From a virus (Duplodnaviria > Caudoviricetes), in the IMG/VR virus record IMGVR_UViG_3300043412_000080, positions 1-47,386 of that record: a stretch of DNA of 47,386 nucleotides; one strand, given 5' to 3'. Under the pieces are notes generated by a model. That model searched no databases and was not told the DNA's origin. It saw only the letters and a program-made list of their open reading frames with translations. The position numbers and the translations under genes were made by a program. Of the stretch, positions 7,305 through 16,959 are shown one piece after another (the stretch's first letter is position 1; each line of letters starts with the position of its first letter).

Positions 7305-8759
7305 TTAAATATTTGGATTGTCATTTTTTTTGTTTTTTTGTTTCTTTTTATTTTTGATATTTTCGCCGTAAGGTGTAACGCCTGAATCCCGTGTATAGTC
7401 TTTGATTGTGTTTTTACCCATATTGCAGGCACATTTTGCAATTCCAATCTCTCCCTGCCTGTTTTTGGCAACAATCAATTCCATGTAGTCAGAATAATAC
7501 TCACGTTCCGAATCAGGCTCATCACGTTCATATTGCGATGGACGAAATGGGAATATAATAATGTCAGCATCTTGCTCAATCGCTCCCGACTGTCTTAAAT
7601 GTGCCATATTAGGACGCTTTGCCTCAATGCTTTCATTCTTTTCTAAGTCACGATTAAGCTGTGATAATAAAATAACGGTTGCGTTTAAACGCTTTGCAAG
7701 GTTTTTAAGTTTTTGTGTGATTTCAGCAATCGAATCATTTTCACTTTTAAACGCCACCCGTTCCCGTGGGATTATCTGTAAATAATCAATCGCAATACAA
7801 TCAAGTCTTTTGCCAATCCGTAAAAGCTCTTTTGCTTTGCGTTCGGATATTGCACATATTTGATTTATATCAGGCTGTGAAAAATCATGCGTTATATTAT
7901 TATGATTTTTAGCACGCTCAACAAGTTCACGCACTGATTCGCCGTCCACTTGGTGGCGGGTCAAATCTGTATAATTTATCTCTTTTGTTTCAAGTGCTAT
8001 GAATCTTGATATGGTTTGTTGATTGGACATCTCAAGAGAAAAATTAATAACGTTATGCCCTTGTGATGCTATGCTATCAATAAACGCAAGTAATACAGCC
8101 GTTTTACCCATTGACGGACGACCACCAATGACAATCATTTCAGCTGGTCTAAAGCCACCAATTAAATCATCAAGTGAAGTTATAAGGCTTGGAATGTTTG
8201 TATTTTTATCACTTAGATAATCATCTAAAAATAAATCCATCGCATCGGTATGTGATAATTGATTTTGATTTATTATCGGTGATAAAAGTAAATTATCAAC
8301 CTTTGACTTCAAGCTATCCATAAACTTTAAAACATCGTTAAAGCATAATTTATCCATACCATTTAAGGCATTAGATAGTGCCTCTTTTATTTTTCTTTTT
8401 CTGTGCTGGTCATCTAAATCAAAAGCGTATGATTGAGCCGTTAAAAAGCCATTAGGCTGGTGACGCATTAAATTCATGACGTAATCATATTTATCATCAT
8501 CAAATTTATTCTTTAAATTCAAAACCGAAAATCTAAAATCGCCATCGAAAGATTCCAATAATAGGCTATAAAATTCTGCTAAAAACGAATCATCAAAATG
8601 TTCAGGTGTTATAAATGGGAATGGGTTTTGCTTGCCTTGGCACGCCTCGAATAATGCAAAGCCTAAAAATTCATTGCATAATTCAAAATTTAATTTGTCA
8701 TCATTGCTAATATTTGCATCATCAAGATTAGTTTTGTCTAAAAGCGATTGAATGTCCAT
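7305..8759 (-). CDS. dnaB: replicative DNA helicase DnaB
   Basis: GGRPSMGKT, FSLEMS, IDYLQ, LLSQLNR, LRQSGAIEQDAD, VAKNRQG. Confidence 0.97.
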   Translation of the reverse strand: MDIQSLLDKTNLDDANISNDDKLNFELCNEFLGFALFEACQGKQNPFPFITPEHFDDSFLAEFYSLLLESFDGDFRFSVLNLKNKFDDDKYDYVMNLMRHQPNGFLTAQSYAFDLDDQHRKRKIKEALSNALNGMDKLCFNDVLKFMDSLKSKVDNLLLSPIINQNQLSHTDAMDLFLDDYLSDKNTNIPSLITSLDDLIGGFRPAEMIVIGGRPSMGKTAVLLAFIDSIASQGHNVINFSLEMSNQQTISRFIALETKEINYTDLTRHQVDGESVRELVERAKNHNNITHDFSQPDINQICAISERKAKELLRIGKRLDCIAIDYLQIIPRERVAFKSENDSIAEITQKLKNLAKRLNATVILLSQLNRDLEKNESIEAKRPNMAHLRQSGAIEQDADIIIFPFRPSQYERDEPDSEREYYSDYMELIVAKNRQGEIGIAKCACNMGKNTIKDYTRDSGVTPYGENIKNKKKQKNKKNDNPNI

Positions 8760-8761
8760 AA

Positions 8762-8977
8762 TTATTTACCCCGTATGATTTTTTTATTGTCTTCAAATTC
8801 TTTTATTAAAAAATCAGACAATCTCTCTATGGTTTCGTAGCTATATGCACGCTCCACGCCACGGGTTAATTTATAAATGACATCAAATGATACGTTCGAC
8901 TCACGGGCGATATGCTTTAAATTCCGCCCCTTTTCAAGCAACCCTTTGATTGTGCTTATTGATAATATTTTTTTCAT
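8762..8977 (-). CDS. Cro-like HTH regulator
   Basis: NLKHIARESNVSFDVIYKL...SYETIERLSDFL; first gene of the replication operon. Confidence 0.8.
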   Translation of the reverse strand: MKKILSISTIKGLLEKGRNLKHIARESNVSFDVIYKLTRGVERAYSYETIERLSDFLIKEFEDNKKIIRGK

Positions 8978-9009
8978 TTTTTACCCTCTGAATTAATTTA
9001 ACAAATCAA

Positions 9010-9080
9010 ATGTATTCTATTTTTATATTTTTTGCAATAAAAAAATACTTGCACAGAATTTATTTTTATGCTATATATCA
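9010..9080. promoter_or_regulatory. divergent promoters for the replication and recombination operons
   Basis: Plus strand TTGCAC-17bp-TATATA with extended TG; minus strand TTGCAA-17bp-TACATT. Confidence 0.6.
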
Positions 9081-9112
9081 GTTGTTAAAACAAAGAAAAG
9101 GAATCAGTATGA

Positions 9113-9466
9113 ATGATATTATTGAACATGAATTTAATGACGTTGCGGAAATCGTTGATTATTGGTGCTGAACATCAGGCGGTGATTGCTGAAGAATTAT
9201 TTAAATCGATTGATTTTCAGGAATTTAAAGCAAGGGCGGAGCGTGTAAAACGTGAAGCTGATGCAAAGGCTTTAAAAGAAAAACAAGAAGCTGAACGCAT
9301 AGAGACTAAACGCTTGGCAAGGGAGGCAGATTTAAATCACCGCAAAACAATTAATAATCAAGTTATCAGTGATTTATTGGTACATGGTATCACAGAGGCA
9401 CAGGCAAAGGCGATTATTACCGCCATTGCAAAAGGCGAAATTTTAAACGTCAAAATTACATATTAA
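9113..9466 (+). CDS. lambdoid coiled-coil early protein (C-terminal portion)
   Basis: READLNHRKTINN...AQAKAIITAIAKGEILNVKITY C-terminus is common in lambdoid recombination regions; start uncertain. Confidence 0.65.
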   Translation: MILLNMNLMTLRKSLIIGAEHQAVIAEELFKSIDFQEFKARAERVKREADAKALKEKQEAERIETKRLAREADLNHRKTINNQVISDLLVHGITEAQAKAIITAIAKGEILNVKITY

Positions 9467-9476
9467 AGGAAACAAA

Positions 9477-10412
9477 ATGACGGAAACAAAAGTAATTTAT
9501 AATATGCCTGATGCTGATTATCGGGCAGTGGAGGCTTTGTCGTATAGTGCGATAAAAGAGATAAATATATCAATCACTGATTATTTAACGCCAAGAGAAG
9601 ACACCAAGGCGTTAAATATCGGACGTGCATATCATGTGGCGATATTGGAGGGCATGGATAAATTCGATGCTTTGTATTGTGGTAAATTTGTTGAACCTGA
9701 AAACTGTTTAAATACAGTTGATGACATGAAAGTTTATTGCGACGATAACGCATTGTCACGAAAAGGCTTTAAGTGCAAACAAGATTATATTGATGGGATT
9801 AAATCAAGTGGTTTAAATGCTATTCTTGCAGACAAAGCAAAAGAAGTGTTTTACGATGGGCGGACGGTTTTACCTGATGCGGTGATTGAAAAAATCAAGG
9901 CGTATGCTGAAATTATTGACAATACAAATCTTTTAAACGCCCCTAAAGAAGTGTCTGTTTTTTGGCATGAAGACGGAACTCCACTTAAGGCACGTTTCGA
10001 TGCGTTATTGCCAAACGGCGTTTTTGATTTAAAAACATACAGTAACGCCAAAAATGGAGTTATTGACAAGGTTGTCAATAGTTCTATTTTTTCTTATGAT
10101 TATGATGTGCAAGCGGTTGTTTATTTAAAAGCATACAAGGCTTGCCGTGATGCAGAAATAGCAAAATTTGAATGTGATAATCCTGCGTTCTTTTATCTTT
10201 TTGTGCAAACGGATAAAGGTTTAAATGTACGTGGACGGGCAGTTAATCCTGATTATGATGATTGCGAATTTTTCAAAGCAAACGCAATCGCAAAGATTGA
10301 AAACGCCAAGGAATTATACAAAAAATACATTATGGATAAAAAACAATTTGTTCATAAAATAGATTTTGTAGAGATTACAGATAATGACTTACCTATGTAC
10401 TTGAGAGGCTAA
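9477..10412 (+). CDS. RecE/exonuclease VIII-like PD-(D/E)XK nuclease (DUF3799-like)
   Basis: ALSYS, GRAYH, EVSVFW, LKARFD, DLKT, YDVQAVVY. Confidence 0.85.
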   Translation: MTETKVIYNMPDADYRAVEALSYSAIKEINISITDYLTPREDTKALNIGRAYHVAILEGMDKFDALYCGKFVEPENCLNTVDDMKVYCDDNALSRKGFKCKQDYIDGIKSSGLNAILADKAKEVFYDGRTVLPDAVIEKIKAYAEIIDNTNLLNAPKEVSVFWHEDGTPLKARFDALLPNGVFDLKTYSNAKNGVIDKVVNSSIFSYDYDVQAVVYLKAYKACRDAEIAKFECDNPAFFYLFVQTDKGLNVRGRAVNPDYDDCEFFKANAIAKIENAKELYKKYIMDKKQFVHKIDFVEITDNDLPMYLRG

Positions 10413-10413
10413 T

Positions 10414-11286
10414 ATGGATTTTGAAATTAAACATGCGGAATTTAAAATTATTCCTAATATTGCGTTTGTGGGAAAATCAAGCAGTGGTAAAACTTACTCC
10501 GCCTTACTTTTTGCCCGTGGATATGTTGGCAAGCAAGGAAAAATTATTGTGATTGACACAGAAAATGAACGATCACTATGTTATGCAGGAGATGGTGAAA
10601 TAGGGCATTTTGACGTATTGTCATTGCAAGCCCCATATACAAGTGAACGATATATACAAGCATATATACAGGCTTGTATGCACGTTGGCAAAGATGGGGC
10701 GGTGATTATCGACTCAATGTCACACGAATGGGAGGGAATAGGAGGAATCCTAGAAGAAGTCGAAAAATTTACTGGCAAAAATAAGGTTATGGCGTGGAAC
10801 TTGCCAAAACGTAGACATAATAAACTTGTCCATCAATTAGCTAATCCGCAAGCAATGACAATATTGACGTTTCGCATTAAGGATAAAATGATTGATGCTA
10901 CAGACACTAGCAAGGGATATGTAGAAGAAATTGTCACGGAAAAAAACTTTAAATTCGACCTAACAACAGTCATTAAATTTGAACCAAACACGCATAAGGC
11001 ATTTATTGAAAAGATGCCGAAACCTTTACACGGAGCTATAAAAAATGGTGACATTATCACATTGCGGACGGGTGAAATTTTTAACGCAGAATTATCAAAA
11101 GGCAAAATAATTGATTTTGATGATATTGATGTTGTGCAGGTAAAAATTGCAGGGTGTGAAACAGACGAGGATTTAAAAAATCTTTACCGTTTTTATCAAC
11201 ACCAAAATCACCCTAAAATTAATGAAATTGCGGATTTTTGCAAAAAGCAAAAAGCAGTTATGCAATATGAAACGCAGGAGGCTTAA
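10414..11286 (+). CDS. Sak4-like AAA ATPase / single-strand annealing protein
   Basis: [31 protein letters not shown]; between exonuclease and ssb. Confidence 0.85.
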   Translation: MDFEIKHAEFKIIPNIAFVGKSSSGKTYSALLFARGYVGKQGKIIVIDTENERSLCYAGDGEIGHFDVLSLQAPYTSERYIQAYIQACMHVGKDGAVIIDSMSHEWEGIGGILEEVEKFTGKNKVMAWNLPKRRHNKLVHQLANPQAMTILTFRIKDKMIDATDTSKGYVEEIVTEKNFKFDLTTVIKFEPNTHKAFIEKMPKPLHGAIKNGDIITLRTGEIFNAELSKGKIIDFDDIDVVQVKIAGCETDEDLKNLYRFYQHQNHPKINEIADFCKKQKAVMQYETQEA

Positions 11287-11288
11287 AA

Positions 11289-11741
11289 ATGGCTAGTTTA
11301 AATAAAGTAATGTTAATCGGCAATCTTGGCAAAGACCCCGAGATACGCAAAACGCAATCGGGAAAACCGATTGCAAAATTTTCTATTGCCACGTCTGAAT
11401 CATGTAAAGATAAGCAGACAGGCGAGAAAAAAGAAAAAACCGAATGGCACAACATCGTAGTGTTTAACGAAGGCTTGGCTGGCGTCGTTGAGCGATACGT
11501 TAAAAAAGGGTCGAAAATTTACATTGAAGGGCAGTTACAAACCCGTAAATGGCAGGATAAAGACGGCAATGACCGCTACAGCACTGAAATTGTTTTGCAA
11601 TCATATAACGGGCAGTTAATCATGCTGGACGGACGCAACGCATCAGCAGATACACACAATGACACAGGGACGAATTATAACGCCCTCGTGAGTAAGAAAC
11701 AGGATTATGCACAAGAAATTGATGATGATGTGCCATTTTAG
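11289..11741 (+). CDS. ssb: single-stranded DNA-binding protein
   Basis: [36 protein letters not shown] tail; alphaproteobacterial-like. Confidence 0.97.
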   Translation: MASLNKVMLIGNLGKDPEIRKTQSGKPIAKFSIATSESCKDKQTGEKKEKTEWHNIVVFNEGLAGVVERYVKKGSKIYIEGQLQTRKWQDKDGNDRYSTEIVLQSYNGQLIMLDGRNASADTHNDTGTNYNALVSKKQDYAQEIDDDVPF

Positions 11742-11749
11742 GGGAAATT

Positions 11750-11959
11750 ATAAACATACAGGAAATTAAAAAACACCAAGAACGAATCAAAGTTATGTTT
11801 GATATGGCTTGCGAAGCTGTGGATAAAATTATTGCAAAACATAATTTGTCAGATGATGACGAATCATTTGTAAATGACCCAAACAGAGCAACCGCCGACG
11901 CAATGTTTAAAGAAATTGCAAAAGAAAGCGTTAAATTGAGAAAGTCAATTCAAACGTAA
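11750..11959 (+). CDS. hypothetical protein (ATA start after AGGGG RBS, or ATG at 11795)
   Basis: Open frame filling the gap between ssb and the next gene. Confidence 0.5.
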   Translation: MNIQEIKKHQERIKVMFDMACEAVDKIIAKHNLSDDDESFVNDPNRATADAMFKEIAKESVKLRKSIQT

Positions 11960-12006
11960 GCAGACAGCGTACAGAAAAACAAGAAATTAATAAAAGGATT
12001 AACAAA

Positions 12007-12444
12007 ATGAAAGCTGAGCAAAATTTAACAGAACCCACCGACACGCAAGATGCTTTTTGGTTGGTGTGGTGTCCGCAAGGCACGACGCCAAAGTATAGGC
12101 ATAGCACAAGGGAATCCGCTGAAACCGAAGCTGAACGATTAGCACAGCAAGACCAGAGCAGGGATTTTTATGTGGTTAAAGCACAAAGTTTGTATAAAGC
12201 AGAAGTTTTGATAAAAACAACAAATTTTGAAAATGACACAGTATCTAAAAATAGTTTCAAAATCGGCGATATTGTTTATGTAACTTGTATTTATACTGGT
12301 GATAAAATAAAAGCAAAAATTAAAGAAATACTCAAGAAAAAATATTGTTATATTAAGGTTTTAACGCAAAACACGCATGATAAACCTTATAGCAGTAATC
12401 AAATTTATCAGTTTAATTTAAAAAAATTAATACCTTTTGAATAA
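12007..12444 (+). CDS. hypothetical protein
   Basis: FWLVWCPQG..P.YRH....AETEAERLA phage motif; AAGGA RBS. Confidence 0.7.
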   Translation: MKAEQNLTEPTDTQDAFWLVWCPQGTTPKYRHSTRESAETEAERLAQQDQSRDFYVVKAQSLYKAEVLIKTTNFENDTVSKNSFKIGDIVYVTCIYTGDKIKAKIKEILKKKYCYIKVLTQNTHDKPYSSNQIYQFNLKKLIPFE

Positions 12445-12448
12445 AAAT

Positions 12449-12472
12449 TAAGGGGCGTAAAGCTCCTTTTTT
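12449..12472 (+). terminator. intrinsic terminator between convergent genes
   Basis: AAGGGGC-GTAAA-GCTCCTT followed by a T run. Confidence 0.7.
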
Positions 12473-12686
12473 ATATCTTTAACAATACAGCATCAAATGC
12501 AATATCAGTGTCTTTTTTAGGCACATCAAGGGTGCCTTTATATCTTGACCGATAATTGCTTTGCGTAACTTTTAATCCCATGACAGATGCAATTTCATTA
12601 TACCCAGCGTCTTCTGCATAAATAATAACCCTTGCATCGGGATTGCATCTTTTTAACTCTTGAATTAATCCTGAAACACTAATCAT
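12471..12686 (-). CDS. hypothetical protein
   Basis: VSGLIQELKRCNPDARV small phage family pattern. Confidence 0.7.
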   Translation of the reverse strand: MISVSGLIQELKRCNPDARVIIYAEDAGYNEIASVMGLKVTQSNYRSRYKGTLDVPKKDTDIAFDAVLLKI

Positions 12687-13132
12687 TTATCTAATCCTTT
12701 TTTAAAATCGTTTAATTCTTTTAGGTGTTCTTTTGTTTTTTCAATCATACGATTAATATTTTTAATCACCTGCGATTTTATAAGATATGCCCGCCGCCAT
12801 GTACCATCACATATATCAATATAATTATTTTGAAAAATTATATCAATTTTATGTGTGTAAGCATCAGACGACAAAGAAATCCTATCTTTTTTATACTCTA
12901 CCTTATAATGCTTAATATTTAAAACACAATATTCAGTAAATTTATCATGATAAACAACCAATGGCTTAACACCATTAATGAAATCAGTTATAACTTGATA
13001 ATCTGATTCGTTCATTTGAATTGATGTTCTACCCAGCGTTTCATAGGTGTAAAATGGGTTTATGCCATTGTGACGATATTGGTGAATCATTTTGTATCCT
13101 TTTCTTGTTTTAGATTCTCTAACATTTCCCAA
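12683..13132 (-). CDS. hypothetical protein
   Basis: ORF coupled to neighbours; likely start at 13090. Confidence 0.6.
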   Translation of the reverse strand: MGNVRESKTRKGYKMIHQYRHNGINPFYTYETLGRTSIQMNESDYQVITDFINGVKPLVVYHDKFTEYCVLNIKHYKVEYKKDRISLSSDAYTHKIDIIFQNNYIDICDGTWRRAYLIKSQVIKNINRMIEKTKEHLKELNDFKKGLDK

Positions 13133-13299
13133 GTGATTCGTCCGTGGGATATATCAATTATCTTTTGCCATTGATGGTTAGGGATTCTATTGGTAAAAAT
13201 CCATTTTGTCACAGCCTCACTGGTAACAGAACAATTTTTTGCAATACTTTTTCTGTCAATCCCAGTAAGCATTAAAATCTCTTTTGCATATATTTTCAT
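13087..13299 (-). CDS. Cro/YdaS-like HTH regulator
   Basis: SIAKNCSVTSEAVTKW..NRIP...IIDISHGRITWEML. Confidence 0.8.
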   Translation of the reverse strand: MKIYAKEILMLTGIDRKSIAKNCSVTSEAVTKWIFTNRIPNHQWQKIIDISHGRITWEMLENLKQEKDTK

Positions 13300-13324
13300 T
13301 GTTATTTTCCTTTCATTTAAGTAT

Positions 13325-13420
13325 CACAGCATTACAAGACATTGTTAAAAAAGTCAATAAAAATTATCCATAAATTACATAAAAAGTATTGACATTGATT
13401 TGGTTGCGTGGTATTGTTTA
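13325..13420. promoter_or_regulatory. second divergent promoter pair
   Basis: Plus strand TTGACA-17bp-TATTGT; minus strand TTGACT-17bp-TAATGC. Confidence 0.65.
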
Positions 13421-13786
13421 GGGGTGATAAAAAAAGGAATGACTATGACGGAATTTTTAGAATTACAAACCATGATACAAAACGCATTTGAGGATATTGA
13501 ATGCACGGATTACAAAACGGGACTCGAACGCCAAAACGAAAGTGCAAACCTTATTTTCATTAAAGCAATGTTGTCTTATGGTGGGGCAATAGCAAAGACG
13601 CCACAGTGTAAACGAACGCTTGAGAATATGATTCAGGTGGGACTTAAACAGGTTAATCATGTAGATAACCTATGTGGTCCTGATGTTGTTGATATGATTG
13701 ATGATGTTGTTGATGATGAATCACAGGATTCAGAGCCTGCATTCGACAAAGAAAATTATTACTCAGAAAGATACGGAGATTTATAA
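13400..13786 (+). CDS. hypothetical acidic early protein (true start probably about 13446)
   Basis: AAAGGA RBS before MTEF; acidic C-terminus. Confidence 0.65.
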   Translation: MVAWYCLGVIKKGMTMTEFLELQTMIQNAFEDIECTDYKTGLERQNESANLIFIKAMLSYGGAIAKTPQCKRTLENMIQVGLKQVNHVDNLCGPDVVDMIDDVVDDESQDSEPAFDKENYYSERYGDL

Positions 13787-14067
13787 TGAAATGGAATTTT
13801 AACTTAGACGAGTGTCCAGAGTGGGAACAAGTTGTATTATTTCAAGAAGTAAATGTCAATGGTACAGATACAGGTGAAAACTTACTGGGATTTAAAGTAG
13901 ATGATAAATTTTATCAAACAAGTGTTTTAAATTCATTTTATACAATGAATGACGGCGGAGTCGTATATTCAGACGCAAGTTTTGAAGATATTGATGATTT
14001 TCAGGAATACGAAGCAGATAACATTAAGGCATTTTGCATAATTCCACAAATTAAAAAAAAGGATTGA
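13786..14067 (+). CDS. hypothetical acidic protein
   Basis: GGAG RBS, coupled start. Confidence 0.65.
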   Translation: MKWNFNLDECPEWEQVVLFQEVNVNGTDTGENLLGFKVDDKFYQTSVLNSFYTMNDGGVVYSDASFEDIDDFQEYEADNIKAFCIIPQIKKKD

Positions 14068-14432
14068 ATTATGAATACACAACAACCAACACCCACCACG
14101 CAAGATAAAAATGAACCAGAACATTTTGATTTCGGTGTTGCAATACGCCATTTAAAAGATAAAAAGGAAGTTGCACGAACTGGTTGGAATGGTAAGCGTA
14201 TGTTTTTATTTATCATACAAGGCAGTAACGACATTGCTAAATTAAATGGATATGGCTTTGGTGAGTATGAAAACGAACCCACATTTCAAGACGCTATTTT
14301 CATGCGTACAGCAGATAATAAATTAGTCCCTTGGCTTGCGTCACAAACCGATGTCTTGGCAGATGATTGGGTCATTTATAGTGCAACGCATTGATTTGTA
14401 AATATTTTTTAAAAAAAGGATTGAATTATGAA
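14054..14432 (+). repeat. 22-bp direct repeat AAAAAAAGGATTGAATTATGAA flanking tad2
   Basis: Copies at 14054-14075 and 14411-14432, each containing an RBS and ATG. Confidence 0.9.
14071..14394 (+). CDS. tad2: DUF2829 / Tad2-family anti-Thoeris nucleotide sponge
   Basis: FGVAIRHLKDKKEVARTGWNGKRMFLF ... VPWLASQTDVLADDW signature. Confidence 0.88.
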   Translation: MNTQQPTPTTQDKNEPEHFDFGVAIRHLKDKKEVARTGWNGKRMFLFIIQGSNDIAKLNGYGFGEYENEPTFQDAIFMRTADNKLVPWLASQTDVLADDWVIYSATH

Positions 14433-14565
14433 GTATTACAAACCTGAACCGCAGACGCAGACAAAGGTTGAGAAGCCCGAAGAACCTAAGTTCGGAAATT
14501 GCATTTTACTTTTTGGTATTGCGTGCTTTTTGGTTTTCTGTTTTATGCTTATCGTTCCAAGATGA
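14428..14565 (+). CDS. small membrane protein (45 aa, not in ORF track)
   Basis: MKYYKPEPQTQTKVEKPEEPKFGNCILLFGIACFLVFCFMLIVPR; starts in the second repeat copy. Confidence 0.6.
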   Translation: MKYYKPEPQTQTKVEKPEEPKFGNCILLFGIACFLVFCFMLIVPR

Positions 14566-14801
14566 TTAATCACCGCCTAAAAATAACTTACACTAAGGAC
14601 AATCAAGAAGAATCCTTAGTTACTGAAATTAAAGCCACACCGCCCAAACACAGCATAAATGATGCGGTTAAAATCCTGCATGATGCGTGCGTAAATAAAG
14701 GCGGTGTGGTTAAGTCAATAAAGGGACTTCGTGGTGCGTCCGATGAATTGCACCATACAGAATGGATCTTTGAAAAGGAAATAAAATGGCAGCAACAATA
14801 A
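14562..14801 (+). CDS. hypothetical protein
   Basis: ATGA-coupled start inside the ORF-track frame 14499..14801. Confidence 0.55.
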   Translation: MINHRLKITYTKDNQEESLVTEIKATPPKHSINDAVKILHDACVNKGGVVKSIKGLRGASDELHHTEWIFEKEIKWQQQ

Positions 14802-15415
14802 TTGACGCTGATGTATTAAGAGCTTGGGCAATAAAACAATTAGAAATATCAACAAAAGCTATGGATAACTGCAATACAAATTTTAAATTAAGGGGTAAGC
14901 ATAGCGGTTCTATAGTTGTTTTAGAATCAATTATTGATAAAATCAATGAACTATCCACGCATACCCCCATGGCAAAAAATGCAACTATTGCCTATATAGT
15001 AGGCGATAGATGTATCATCAACATTATCGGCGACACCTTAGTGACATATGCAGGTTTTGCAGATGGCAAGCATAAATTTATTGCAAGCAAAACAACAACA
15101 TATACCACAGTTGATTTAATCGACGTCGAGAATATTGATATGACATATCGCTCTTTATCTGCTGCTGTGGTGCAAGAGGGTGACGGGTGGTGTTATGATT
15201 TAACGCCGTTAGAAGAAGATGAAGTATATCATGTTCTAATAGAAAGCCCTAGAGAAAAACTGGGCAGTAAAGCAACCAGTGGCAAAAAATACTATTACCA
15301 AGATATTGATACTTTATATGTTATAAAATCAAACTTAGAAGAAAATGAAAATCACGGTGATAGGATTATTGCATGGCAACCACTGCCACCAATTCCAACG
15401 AGGGGTGATTTATGA
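14786..15415 (+). CDS. hypothetical protein with DUF551-like C-terminus
   Basis: IIAWQPLPPIP end motif; AAGGA RBS. Confidence 0.7.
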   Translation: MAATIIDADVLRAWAIKQLEISTKAMDNCNTNFKLRGKHSGSIVVLESIIDKINELSTHTPMAKNATIAYIVGDRCIINIIGDTLVTYAGFADGKHKFIASKTTTYTTVDLIDVENIDMTYRSLSAAVVQEGDGWCYDLTPLEEDEVYHVLIESPREKLGSKATSGKKYYYQDIDTLYVIKSNLEENENHGDRIIAWQPLPPIPTRGDL

Positions 15416-15571
15416 CTTTAAGCTATAAGCGTGAATTATTACGTTTTTAAAACTACGAAGATGTATTTTTTAATTTTTCAAATGAACGGGCTACATATTT
15501 TTTGGAACAAGAAAACAAATATCATTGGCGGACACAACAAGTGCCTCAAGATATTCAATGACGGAGGAGTT

Positions 15572-15793
15572 ATGAAGCTGTTAATCATTTTCTTTTTGTT
15601 ATGCTGCACAGCTTTTGCAAGTGACGAATGGTTTTATCCCAAGGTTTATAAAGGCATAATTTTTGCCTGTATAAGCCAAAAGACCAGTAACGATACAATG
15701 GATAGAATGAACCTTGATTTATCCGACCCTGGAATCCAGTTTATTAACTGCCCCATACAAGAAAAGGAAACAGACGAATATGACAACCGATAA
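15572..15793 (+). CDS. small secreted protein
   Basis: GGAGGAG RBS; MKLLIIFFLLCCTAFA signal peptide. Confidence 0.65.
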   Translation: MKLLIIFFLLCCTAFASDEWFYPKVYKGIIFACISQKTSNDTMDRMNLDLSDPGIQFINCPIQEKETDEYDNR

Positions 15794-16103
15794 GATCCCA
15801 TTTATTAACAGCAATAAACAATATGAATTAGCAGATGCTGAACAATTGGAGTCATTGCCAAGGATTCCTGATTTATTACATTCATTCCAGTTTCTAAATG
15901 AAGCACATGAAATCCAACGCAAGCACGGATTGAGGCTAGAGGAAACCGTGAATAATGAATTAGTGCCTATGCAAGGCGAAAACGCAAGACTCAATGAATA
16001 TATTGATGACCTTACGTGGGAATTAAAAGTGGCAAAGCACTATGCGGTTATTGTGTCAATATTATCGCTTGGAATAATCGCATTTTATACGCTTAGGGGG
16101 TAA
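15780..16103 (+). CDS. coiled-coil protein with C-terminal TM helix
   Basis: AAGGA RBS before MTTDK; YAVIVSILSLGIIAFY. Confidence 0.65.
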   Translation: MTTDKIPFINSNKQYELADAEQLESLPRIPDLLHSFQFLNEAHEIQRKHGLRLEETVNNELVPMQGENARLNEYIDDLTWELKVAKHYAVIVSILSLGIIAFYTLRG

Positions 16104-16106
16104 ACT

Positions 16107-16583
16107 ATGCAAGCCATAGGCAAGATGATTGCGATTTTATTCATTGCCACGCAGGCTTACAGTGCGGAACGTATAATGCCCCCGCTGGGTTACTTGAACG
16201 GTGTTATTAATAAGAATATAACACCGTCCAGTGAAAACTGCAACCCTTTAACGCATAACCAGTTAATGACTTATACCGAGTCGGTTTGGTGGGCTTTGGA
16301 TTTTAAAGCTGATGATACTGAAAACTGGACTGAAACGCCAAGCGGAATGGGTGATTGCGAGGATTATGCTTTAAAACTTAGAAAGATATTAATTGATGCG
16401 AATATATCGAATCAGTATTTTTCTTTGGCGGTGGTTGATGGTGATGTTGAGGGAATAAACCACGCCGTCTTGATTGTCACCACGAGCGACAGAGGGCGGT
16501 TTATGTTTGACAACAAAGGATTACACAGTATGAATAAGTATAAATTATTGAAAATTGAGCAAAATGGGTGGTGGTATAAATGA
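16107..16583 (+). CDS. transglutaminase-like cysteine peptidase (BTLCP/C93, LapG-like), exported
   Basis: GDCEDYALK, NHAVLIVTT and FMFDN give the Cys-His-Asp triad; N-terminal signal peptide ending AYSA. Confidence 0.88.
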   Translation: MQAIGKMIAILFIATQAYSAERIMPPLGYLNGVINKNITPSSENCNPLTHNQLMTYTESVWWALDFKADDTENWTETPSGMGDCEDYALKLRKILIDANISNQYFSLAVVDGDVEGINHAVLIVTTSDRGRFMFDNKGLHSMNKYKLLKIEQNGWWYK

Positions 16584-16810
16584 AGTTTTATTGTTTTCAC
16601 ACAGACGAAATAAAATTAGACAGTAAATTTATTGCTTTTTATATCAATGGAAGCGGTGGTGATTTATTTTCAATGGATAAAGACGGTGCAATAAGATGTG
16701 CAGATGGTGATTATGTATCTACAGACTGGCTTTTAGATGCAAGTTTTTGTCTTTTTGCATATCTACCTAAGAAATTCTTATTACATTACGAAATTAAGGA
16801 GCTAAAATGA
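16580..16810 (+). CDS. hypothetical protein
   Basis: Coupled ORF, 76 aa. Confidence 0.6.
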   Translation: MKFYCFHTDEIKLDSKFIAFYINGSGGDLFSMDKDGAIRCADGDYVSTDWLLDASFCLFAYLPKKFLLHYEIKELK

Positions 16811-16959
16811 ATCTAGACCGTACATTCTGTGCTTCACCGAATTGTAAAAACGATTGCGGACGCAAAATAACAGAAGCAGAAAAAGAGTTTTTGCGTAAAG
16901 AACGAGAGGCAGGTATTAACCGACCTACTTCAAACGGTTATTTCTGTGGGGAATCATGA
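16807..16959 (+). CDS. small Cys-rich protein (50 aa, not in ORF track)
   Basis: MNLDRTFCASPNCKNDCGRK...YFCGES; AAGGAG RBS; ATGA-coupled on both sides. Confidence 0.7.
   Translation: MNLDRTFCASPNCKNDCGRKITEAEKEFLRKEREAGINRPTSNGYFCGES

Noticed and set aside
12471-12686. Named anti-defence sponge family
   Set aside because: A common small phage motif that I cannot assign without a profile search.
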